NCBI GenBank assembly: GCA_045837725.1
Contig: JBEWZL010000152.1
Location: forward strand, 543,008-563,007
Direction: 5' to 3'
Origin: Vermamoeba vermiformis
Lineage: Eukaryota
DNA length: 20,000 nt
In this document: positions 10,923-20,000 of the stretch, piece after piece
Position numbering within the stretch: position 1 is the first letter of the stretch
Layout: each line of letters starts with the position of its first letter
Position numbers and translations under genes: made by a program
Notes under the pieces: model-generated
Told to the model about the DNA's origin: nothing
The model's database searches: none
The model's input: only the letters and a program-made list of their open reading frames with translations

Positions 10923-12263
10923 TTATTTGTTACGATAAAAGAAGAACGATAATAAATTGTTAATTTCCATTTGGTATTGATTACGAGTGTAGAGCTCTTT
11001 CATATAATAAAATAAATCCAAATTATTCGGCAAAGTTGACAAATTAGCTGATGCTAGTGGAAGCGAGGGCAGCAATTGGGGAGGTAATGAAGGTTGAGGC
11101 ATGCTGAGCGACTGGGCATTATTTTGACTTTGCAAGTCGGGGGTCTTAAGCGGTGGCAACAGGGCTGGCTCATTGTCTACTGACCTCGGCAGAGGTAACA
11201 ATGACTCCTCGTGACCCTCCTCTTGCTTTGTCTCAGGAGGAGTTTGAACCAACTTCTTTTTTTGCTTGTACCGCCTCTTGGTGAGCTTATATTCACCTGA
11301 TGCATCATCGCTTATAGAACGATCAACAACAACACGTGTCTTCTTTCTTCGGGTCATAGATTTTGACTTCGCAGCTGCCGTTGGACTTGCCGTCTTTTCA
11401 TTTTTTCTTGCTCCTTGCGATCTTGTCACCCGTCGTTCAGGGCCAGGAGTGCTTTTTTGCTCTACTTTCTTTGTTACTCGGGCCTTTTCTTGTTTTGAGG
11501 GTGGTACTACTTCCTCTTTAGAATGTGTTCGTTCTGGTGAAGACTACTAGGATTAAAAATTTGTTAATTAATTTGAGCTTACTTTATGTGTGACTTCTCC
11601 AGACAGAAATTGTTGCCAAATTGTCGTCAATTGTTCGTTTTGCTCGGTTGGGATTTGTGCCGGGTCTGAAAATTTTCTGAACTGCTTAACGTCAAGCAAA
11701 CACACCTCGTCAAACTTTTCTGTTGTTGCAACTATCCTTGGACTTAAACCCTTTCAAACCGTAGTTACAAATTATAAAAATAATTAAAATAATTGTTAAG
11801 TAATCGTTCTTACCCTTTCAATTGCTAAAATTATATATGTAGTGCTTCCTTCATTCAGTAGAATGCGATTGCCAGAACCAAGAGCAATTTTAGAGTTGGG
11901 AAGTAAAACAGAACCGTAGTAACGACCATTGATTGCACTTCCATTGTAGCGTGCAGTACTATGAAGTTCGTCTATCAAAGTTTAGCATGTGGCAACCCTA
12001 TTATTTGCTTGTACCGCTATCTTCATCCTTTTTCACGTTGGATTTCTCTTCATCTAGTTTTTTTATTGATAAATTTGGCTTGGTTTCCTCTTTCAAAGTA
12101 GTTAAATCTGCTTCTTATATAATATATTAATTCGTCTAGTAGGTAAAAACATGTAACTTTTTTTTACAAGCCAGATCTTACCGAGAGCAACCTGAGTACT
12201 TGTTGGTAAATCATCATTCTTAGTAGTTTCTTCATTACTTATTGAGGACTCATCAGCACTCAT
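10923..12263 (-). CDS. Five-exon hypothetical protein inside the element: small beta-rich domain plus basic, Pro-rich disordered tail
   Basis: ATG at 12263. Four GT-AG introns join in frame: MSADESS...VAL/DELIYYIRSRF...EDS/DELHSTARYNGSAINGRYYGSVLL...AIER/GLSPRIV...VTHK/SSPERTHS...YRNK-stop. Confidence 0.7.
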
Positions 12264-12475
12264 TGTTATGGTTGTGTGTATCCCAATCAAAACGTTACTA
12301 TCATAAGTAGTTTTACTTTGCCGACATGCATTTTCGAAGCTTCCTTTCCTTTTTTGGAAATTCAACGAGCAATTTTTTCCCTGCTTTACCAAGCCTTCGT
12401 TAGCATTAAAATCAGGTAGAACCACCACAACATACTTTGGAAAGTGATATACTTGCAATATAATATCAAAATAAT

Positions 12476-15400
12476 ATGGCAGATAATATACTAGGTAAGA
12501 TCTTAAGAGTTGCTGTTCGGATCTTGATTTCTAAATATTTTTTTACTTCGGCACATAACTTATCTTTTTTAACAAGATTAATTAAGTCTATATCTTACCT
12601 CTGTTGTGTAATTGGCTAGGCAATTATGCAATGTCGGATTAAATCTGAGCATTTTTACATTAGGTATCGAAATCGAAGGAGCGACAGTAAGTTTTAAGCA
12701 TTACGCACATGATTTTTAATTTATTTAGCCCATTCCAAGTGATTTACAAGGGTTTGTATGGGGATCCGGAGGTTGAACTATTTTGTTACAAGCATAATTC
12801 TAACCGGTGTACAGGAATTATCAACTTGTGTACCATGGAAACATTGTGCTTTATATTTAAACAAGCCCTAGTGGTATACAACATGGTAGTTGATTGTGAA
12901 TTTTTTCGACTATTGCGCAACACTCTGGATGCCGTTACATTTGATCAACTACACACCAGTAAATTACCAATAATTCAGTTTTTCCAAAAGCTGTGTCCTA
13001 CTTGGGTGCCAGGAAGATACGTTGGCGTAAATGAATTACTAAATCCTTTAATCAAATCGGAGCTTGTTTTCAAGACCAAATTTGAGCTTTGCTTCACCAA
13101 GTCAGTCAACTGTGATTGTGGCCAAGAAGTTCAAACTCTCTTTAGCAACTCTCTGGTGGTATCTGAAGATTACTTGAAACAAACAAATTCAGTTACTGCA
13201 TCAATAAGAAGATCAATGTTTCGAGAGCAAAACTTAGCAGGTGTCTGTTGCTTTTGTCACTCACCAAGGCACTTGAAAGGTAGATAAACTGTTTCAAAAC
13301 TAACTTTAACCAACCTTCTTTAGAATCAATAACAAAGCTTCCAGACTTGTTGGTTGTGGAGTTTGACACTGGACATCAAAACTATCTGTCTTCTACATTT
13401 GATATTGAACAAATTGTTCGCTTAGAAGATGGAGATTTTTCATTATTGAAGGCATTGAGAATTGATGGGAATCATACTACTGGATTCTTTCATAAAAATG
13501 GTCGAGTGCATGTTTATGATGGCTTAAAAAATGAGGGTAAAGCAATGGAGCTGCAGTACTCTAAAATGCACTATCTACCCTTGGAAGATTTTAAATATAT
13601 AACACACTTGATTTACATTCGTACTGCCAATTTTGCCAAAGGTAATAACATTAAATTCAAGCTTACTACTCTGTTGACATGCTAATGTACTTCTTAGACT
13701 TGGTTCTTTCAGATAGCAGTCAATTACTATTCTCACAAATCAATGCAGCAAAAAAACTCACTCCCCTTGGAGATAGTGGCTCAACCTCCAATGAATTGGC
13801 AACTGTCGAAGCTACCTCATTATTTAGTAGAATGAATCAAACAGTCAATAACACAAAGAGTAGCTCTTTGGCTAAACAATCCATGTTGAAAAAGAAGTTA
13901 ACCCAAGAACATGCCTCAAAAAGTATGTGCATCTACCGTTAACTATAGAGCATAATGCTAAATACTGCTTTAGGTTTACGTTTTAAGTGCTGCACAAATG
14001 AGTGCTGTTCTAAATTTGATCTATTCCAAGTCGTACATTATCGAAACCAATTACTACAAGACAACCATTTCAATTCGAACTTTATTAAATCCTACATTCG
14101 ACAACATGCCAACAACGAAACTATTTCTTGGCAATTTGGAGGGTTAGAAGTTTGTCAAGCAGCATGGTACACACTATATGGATTTTCGTCAGTTAAATTT
14201 TTTAAAGCAAAAAAAGAAGAATTACAAGGTAAACTCTGCATTACTTGAATTGTCATTAATATTGTTTAGGGTCTTATCAAGTGCTTCACGGGAACTATTT
14301 TCGAGAATATCCAAAGCCAAAGAGTATTAGTGTAAGCGCATGGCTTACAAACTACTGTGAAAAGTATGGAGATTATGTTCCTACAATCAATGAAATACAT
14401 TTAAGTGGCAATTTAAGGTAAGTAACGTTACAATTTGCTGTAAGCCTTTAATTGTATGTGCAAGTTTACAAGAGTGGTATGAAGAGTATCATGCTGAAGC
14501 ATCAGTCACTTTGGGTGACGTAGCAAGTTTTAAAACCTTTTGCTATGTTCGTAATTCCCAATTTTCGCATGTGAAGTTTCCAAAAGTTACTAGACTGGGC
14601 AAGTGCTCCATTTGTGTTTCAAATAGAAAATCAAGATTACTTTGTAGTAACCTTGAAGACATCATATCATTGAAATCTGAGTTAAAGGCACACTTTAGCG
14701 TTACTGCCGGAGAAAAACAACAGTACCATGGCAGAAAGATAAAAGCCAGGCAATATCCAACTGCAATTTTGTCATTTATTAGTGATAAAACAAAAGATGT
14801 AGAAATTCCAACTACCAACCCTCTACCAAAATCATGGACAAGAGTAAAAAGACATCCAGTTGGAATTATGGGCATTTTAAATCATTCGTTAGGAACCAAA
14901 GAATTTGTTTTGTTTTCCCCAGAACAGTGGACCTTGGACTCAAACTTTTTTCTAACAATTTTACATAACTCGATTATGAACTCTCTAAAAGCTTACAAGG
15001 CAGAAAGGCCCAGAGTTTTATATATACAAACAGATAACTGCAGTGCAGAGTCAAAAAACCAGTATTTATTAGCATATTTGGCTCTACTAGTCGAGTACAA
15101 AATTTTCGATGAGATTTACTTCCACACTCTAATTCCTGGTCATACTCATGAAGATATAGACCAACTATTCAGCGTTCTGCACCAAAAATTAGAAACTGCT
15201 ACTATTGAAACAATATCACAACTAATCAACTTCATGGAAACAAAAGTTTTCTCAAGTCGTCCAATTGTAACATGGATTCGAGCTGTGTATGATTGGAAAC
15301 AATGGATGTCTGGTTTTTGTAACAAAATATCTGGTCACAAATCACCACATGCTTTCTTAATTAAGAATGGTTCTGACTCTAAGGTGCACCTATATTATAA

Positions 15401-16128
15401 AAAGTACTCTCAAGATATGGAATGGTTGGGAGACCATAATCAAAATGTCATTTTCAATTCAAAACCTGCAGCATGGCCAAATATCCTTCATCAAAACCAG
15501 TTTGATCATGAAGCAATTAAAAAGATGGTAGATCAATGCAGGTCACACATCTCGGAAACGGTAAGTTTAAAACTTTGAAAAGCAATTAACAACCTTTAGA
15601 GTGTTCAATGGTGGCAACATATTGATAAATCAGTTAAAGTCCTACCTTGTTTGTCAATTACACCCAATCCATTTGCTGATTTTCAAATATCTTCTGTTGT
15701 TCAACATGAATTCAAAGTTGTTTCAACACAAACACCAGTTATAAAAGTAACAAAACCTAGGCAAAAAAGAAAGCCAGAAGGTTTGTACTGTTTATTATAT
15801 AGAACGGTTCTAATCATTTCTAGATTGGCCTACAGGAGCTGTGAAAAAGCTTCGTTCTGCAAAAGTAAAGGATGATTTGTTGGATTTATTGGCAAGCCTT
15901 AGTAAATCCTTTGAAGCTAGTCTGCATTATCCTATTCCAACTCTACAACAATCTCTTCGCAACTTACTAGGGTTTGGATCTCCATTTATAACCAACATTT
16001 CAATGAACAAAGAGTTTGAAGAAGAAATTGGATCACTACGGTCAAGAATTGAAGCACTACAGTATTTACATACACTGTTAGAAGATTATGACAGCATTGT
16101 AAAAGATTTGAAGCTCAAAAAAAAGTAA
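12476..16128 (+). CDS. ~1000-aa, ~11-exon fusion of an N-terminal USP-like cysteine protease and a Sola1/DUF7869-like DDE transposase
   Basis: Protease part: GFVW..IINLC (Cys codon at 12829), CDCG and CCFC zinc pairs, LPDLLVVEF, GNH (13473), VYDG (13518). Transposase part: CCTNECC, HGN...W...GDYVP...HL, CSIC, SFISD, LYIQTDNC..ESKN, LIPGHTHEDIDQLFS, YDWKQW. All joins are in phase with no internal stop. The first three small exons are less certain. Confidence 0.8.
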
Positions 16129-16132
16129 ATTT

Positions 16133-16163
16133 GCCTTTATTTGGTTTTACATTAGTTGCCGTT
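16133..16163 (-). repeat. Right terminal inverted repeat of the 9411-16163 element
   Basis: Starts 4 bp after the transposase stop (16128) and lies in the 68-bp gap before the amidohydrolase stop. 26/31 identity to the left end. Confidence 0.7.
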
Positions 16164-16196
16164 AATGTTCAACGACTTTCGGTTCAAAGAGTAAAT

Positions 16197-17647
16197 TTAC
16201 AACTTCGAAGCAGTACTAGGTGGGTCTAATTTAAATACATGACAGGCGGTCTTCCACAAGAACTTGTCTTTGGCATCCGACGAGAGGCCTAAAGTATCGA
16301 CATTTTTCAATGTCTTCTCAAGATTCAATTGCGGAAAATTCGTGCCAAACATCACTAATATAACCTTATTAGCACTTGTATAATATTGTTTATATTAAAA
16401 GTCGTACCTTTGTCAGATCCATAAGTCTTCATATAATGAACTAATGCTGGCGGGAAGTATTTAGGATCATAAGCGGAAGTATCTATAATATTATAAAGAA
16501 GCGTTAATAAATTATTGTAATTTCCATATAAGGATAAAATACGTACCAATATAAACGTTTTGATGCTTCCAACAAACTGCAATCATTTCTTCGGTCCAAG
16601 GATATCTAATAAACAATAATAAGACCCCATTTCATATATATATTATATATATGTTACTAACTTACCCAAGATGACCGCCAACAATTTTCAATTGAGGAAA
16701 AGTTAGCGCAACTTCGTCGATGTACGGGATCGGACGACCAGTCTCGGAAGGCATAAGCGGCCCTGTATGCCCCACTTGACAACAAAATGGTATGTCTAAT
16801 TCGATGCACTTGACATATAACGGATAATACAACTTGTCATTGGGAGGAAGTTTCCACATCCTGATCGCACGAGAGAAAACTCATTAATAAACACGAAATC
16901 ATCCATTAGGATATAATTATGAGAGTTCAATGCATAATATTTACCATGGAACAACTCGAAGAGCTTTAAAACCGTATTCTTTGACGCATTTTTCGAGTTC
17001 TTTGACCGCGGCAACTGGATCCGCCAAATTGACCGCTGCAACACCTTAAAACCGACAGAAATTAACAATGTATTAGAAATATCGTATTAATATGCATAGG
17101 GATTGTAAGTAGGATAGGTACCAATAAATCTTTGAGGGTTGTATTTGACGAACTCGTAGATTTCTTCGTTCGTAAGGGGATAGCATCCAGGACGCGACCT
17201 AAAATATGAATTATTATTCGATTTTAATCATTTTATTATATTTACCACGCGGAAAGCATCATTCTGTCAATGTTCGCTTGATCCATCAATTTCAACAAAG
17301 CTTTTGGAGTCCATTTGACGCTGCCTATAAAGAATCGCTTAGTCAATAATAATTATAGTATTCATGGGTAATATTAGGTATATACACCATTTAAATCGGA
17401 CCGATTTTGTGAAAGAAAAAATCTTTCCGTCGAAAATACTGGTGGGATCTGATATTATACCTGTTTTAATGGCCGTAAAAAGTTGTTCGTTGCCCTTTCC
17501 CGATATTTCTAGCAACCTCAGCGTCTCAGGCGCCAGGTTAAAGAAGTTCGAACCTACATCCAAATTTAATTCGGTATACTTTATTTGAAAGACACAATTA
17601 TTACCTGCAGGTTGTGCCCAAACATCAATAGCTACTCTTTGTGCCAT
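16197..17647 (-). CDS. Multi-exon amidohydrolase (Amidohydro_2 type TIM barrel) with C-terminal PTS1 signal SKL
   Basis: IDVWAQ, YYPLYVKCIELDIPFCCQVGHTGP, IDEVALTFPQLKIVGGHLGYPW, IDTSAY, VMFGTNFP. The last exon reads ...DPPSTASKL-TAA, stop at 16197-16199. Confidence 0.85.
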
Positions 17648-17968
17648 AATGATTCGTGGACGTCTTTGTTGTTGATCAAAACTTAAAGAGAATAAAACTG
17701 CGCCTTTTCATTTTATTTCAATCTAACCTGCCATCAACATATAATCACCTTCAAACGATCGTATAAAATAGAAAAAGATTTACCCAGAGCTAGGATCCGC
17801 TGAATTGACGAGAAATGCAGATTATCAAAAGGTAATCCAGCTGCCAATTAATTTTTTAATTGCCAAATAATCGAAAATAATTATTGTTGTCCGGATTCAA
17901 ATCCCGCCAAAAATAATTTATAAATAGTTCCCACCCCGTAAATAATATGAATTTTATAAATTATTTTA

Positions 17969-18020
17969 GAGTGAGTCTCCGATTTTGTCCCAAACCCCCA
18001 ATTTTGTCCCAAACGATTTT
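17969..18020 (+). repeat. Left TIR of the pogo element, with two internal ATTTTGTCCCAA direct repeats
   Basis: GAGTGAGTCTCCGATTTTGTCCCAAACCCCCAATTTTGTCCCAAACGATTTT. Confidence 0.92.
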
Positions 18021-18119
18021 GGACTAAAATTTAACAATAATTTATTTTAATACTTATTTAATGGAGTGATTTCAATACGAATAGATAAATAATAAGTGAA
18101 TACTTGAATTACAGTTGAT

Positions 18120-19832
18120 TTAATCGTGCAATTCGCCTTCATCACTGGCCAGATCGGATCTTTCTTCGCTCAGATCAGATCCGCATTCAGCAGCATGCTC
18201 ATCATGAATATCTCGTTTTTGACACTTCTTGCATACTTGATAGCTATTACATGAGGTGCAGACCCAAAATTTGTGCTTCTTGGTATATATACGACGGCAA
18301 GGTGAGCACGTCCTACTAATCACATCACTCTGTTTGTCAAGTTTGCGTCGCTTGACGAGCTCTTGTCGCTCTTCTTTCTCCTCTTCTCTCTTTCTCTTCT
18401 TGTCCTCTCTTTCTTTCTTCGCAAGTTCTTTAGCCTCCTTCTCTTTCAGTGCTTTTTCCTCCTTCTCACGGGCATAGATCACCAACTGCTGGCCAGTCAC
18501 CAATTTATTCCGCTCATTGGCACGTACTCGCTTGATAGGAGTCTTGGTTTGATTAGGTATCAAGGCCTCCTTAAGTATCAGTGCCATAGCTTTAACTTCT
18601 TCATCTTCACTGGTGTGCAGTTGAGGTTTTGTGTCGAACATGTACATGTTCTGAAATTTCTTGCTGATAAGTGCACTATCGAATGGCCAAATGCCTGTAT
18701 GTCGAAATCCTGCCTTAATGACCTCTTTATCAAATATATTGGACTTCTCCTCCGTGATAATGTCTTCAATAACAGAGTGCAGGGTCTCTCCAGTGAGGAG
18801 CCGTCGCATTCTTTCAAGGTCTCTCTTGACACGCATCTTGCGTTTGAACGAGCCAAAAATCACGTCGTCAAGAGGTTGAAGCAAATGAGTTGTATGTGCT
18901 GGTAGGTACAGGGGCTGTATATCAGAATCTAATAGCAAGTTGATGCTGGTCAACTCCAGGTGGGTGGAGTGGCGGTCAAGAAGTAAAAGAGCTGGTTGTC
19001 CTTGCTTGAACGCTGAAAGTCGCTCCACGAGTCGCGCTATTATTTGCTTCCACAACTCATTTGTAATAAAGCCATTAGCTGTTGTGGCATAATAAGTTGG
19101 TATAGTGCTGCGAGTATATCTCAGCTCTGTAGTGACGGGAATCGAATTCTTCTTTTCGTTGCCATTTTGTGACATGTCCTTGTAGATGAGCACTATCATC
19201 CAAACACGACCAGATGCTGCAACGAATGGAAGTATAGTGCGTAGATGACTCTTGGGAGTACTCAATCTACCCTGCTTTTTCGAATTTGCACTCGTTAGAA
19301 TCTTCGAACTTTCTCCGTCAGTAAATTTACAGGGAGATTCGTCAGCGTTGATGATGAAGTCGTCCGTGTAACTTTTCTCTTCTAGTAGCCTCTTGTATTC
19401 TTTCACAAATGACTCAATAATATCAATAGTGACAGAATTGACACGTCCCATGTCGAGGTCTTTACCAAACGCGTGAGAGATGTGATCTGAATTGCGGATC
19501 AGAAAATTGCTAAACCAGTGATCGCCTCGCCAGTCTTCAGGGAGCTCAAATATCTTACGTACAAAACTAATGAATACACTTCTCGACAGAGCTATTCCGC
19601 TTGCTGAAAAAGCTAAAATGATGCTGCATAGTCTTTTTTCTTGCTGATCGGTGAGCATCTGATTTCCATGTTTCTTCTCTTTATTCTTTTGAGCCCGCTG
19701 GTAGGCTTTGCGAAGTGTTTCGAATTTATTGGGACTATTCCGCGTCAAATCGCGAATAATTTCGCTAATTGTCTCGCCGTTTTCTGAAATCCGTTGATTG
19801 ATCTCATGAATTTCGTTTTCATACTTCGCCAT
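18120..19832 (-). CDS. pogo-family DD35D transposase, 570 aa: CENP-B-type HTH, DDE_1 domain, coiled coil, C-terminal Cys-rich zinc finger
   Basis: LTDQQEKRL...WFSNFLIRN (HTH), INADES, LLLDRHSTH, LPAHTTHLLQPLD with 35 residues between the second and third Asp, and CSPC..CTSC..CKKC at the C-terminus. Confidence 0.93.
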   Translation of the reverse strand: MAKYENEIHEINQRISENGETISEIIRDLTRNSPNKFETLRKAYQRAQKNKEKKHGNQMLTDQQEKRLCSIILAFSASGIALSRSVFISFVRKIFELPEDWRGDHWFSNFLIRNSDHISHAFGKDLDMGRVNSVTIDIIESFVKEYKRLLEEKSYTDDFIINADESPCKFTDGESSKILTSANSKKQGRLSTPKSHLRTILPFVAASGRVWMIVLIYKDMSQNGNEKKNSIPVTTELRYTRSTIPTYYATTANGFITNELWKQIIARLVERLSAFKQGQPALLLLDRHSTHLELTSINLLLDSDIQPLYLPAHTTHLLQPLDDVIFGSFKRKMRVKRDLERMRRLLTGETLHSVIEDIITEEKSNIFDKEVIKAGFRHTGIWPFDSALISKKFQNMYMFDTKPQLHTSEDEEVKAMALILKEALIPNQTKTPIKRVRANERNKLVTGQQLVIYAREKEEKALKEKEAKELAKKEREDKKRKREEEKEERQELVKRRKLDKQSDVISRTCSPCRRIYTKKHKFWVCTSCNSYQVCKKCQKRDIHDEHAAECGSDLSEERSDLASDEGELHD

Positions 19833-19948
19833 TACAGGTCAGAAAAATTATAAATAAAATCAATACTATTGAACAACAAGCTGTCGTGTTCGTGTGCGAA
19901 GCAACTTATTGAATGCCGTTGGTAAAATAATTTGCGAAATTACGCAAA

Positions 19949-20000
19949 AAAATCGGTTGGGACAAAATCAGGGGTTTGGGACAAAATCGGCGACTCACTC
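19949..20000 (-). repeat. Right TIR of the pogo element
   Basis: Reverse complement reads GAGTGAGTCGCCGATTTTGTCCCAAACCCCTGATTTTGTCCCAACCGATTTT, 48/52 identical to the left TIR. Confidence 0.92.

Larger units (their letters stand above)
9411..16163. mobile_element. Three-gene DNA transposon (Sola1/DUF7869-like transposase) with TET/JBP-like dioxygenase cargo
   Basis: Left end 9411-9441 AACGATAACTATTGTAAAATCAAATAAATGC matches the reverse complement of 16133-16163 (AACGGCAACTAATGTAAAACCAAATAAAGGC) at 26/31 positions. The pair encloses exactly three genes, one a DDE transposase. TTAA lies at both ends (9408-9411, 16162-16165). Confidence 0.75.
17969..20000 (-). mobile_element. Complete pogo/Fot1-like (Tc1/mariner superfamily) DNA transposon, 2032 bp
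   Basis: 52-bp TIRs (17969-18020 and 19949-20000, 4 mismatches) start GAGTGAGTC. TA sits directly left (17967-17968); the right target site is outside the window. One intact transposase ORF inside. Confidence 0.93.

Noticed and set aside
14511-15578. Classification as a KDZ or Plavaka transposase because of the TET/JBP neighbour
   Set aside because: I do not see the KDZ CxH and GExxE motifs. The DNC..KN and GHTHEDID motifs fit Sola1/DUF7869 better, pending a profile search.
18256-18905. Plus-strand ORFs of 72-180 aa with hydrophobic, Phe/Ser/Leu-rich sequence
   Set aside because: Antisense shadows of the Glu/Lys-rich coiled coil of the pogo transposase.
1-20000. Reading the fragmented ORFs as prokaryotic pseudogenes or as an alternative genetic code
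   Set aside because: Breaks coincide with short GT-AG introns, often with CTAAC/CTAAT branch-like motifs, and splicing restores continuous frames in the standard code.

Overview
Intron-rich eukaryotic (protist-like, plausibly amoebozoan) genomic DNA with the standard code and short GT-AG introns, so the ORF track shows only exon fragments. Host genes: a 5'-partial PH + peroxiredoxin-like + RapGAP gene, a PAF-acetylhydrolase-family lipase, an intronless secreted Cys-rich protein, a secreted GPI-anchored helical protein of bacterial appearance, and an amidohydrolase ending in SKL. The main finding is a ~6.75 kb element (9411-16163) bounded by imperfect 31-bp terminal inverted repeats. It carries three spliced genes with intact frames: a TET/JBP-like 2OG-Fe(II) dioxygenase, an unknown protein, and a ~1000-aa fusion of a USP-like cysteine protease with a Sola1/DUF7869-like DDE transposase. 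To its left lie a decayed integrase fragment and GC-rich palindromic repeats with CpG-decay signatures. A complete pogo/Fot1-like DD35D transposon fills 17969-20000. All gene models and family calls are by eye, with no database searches.
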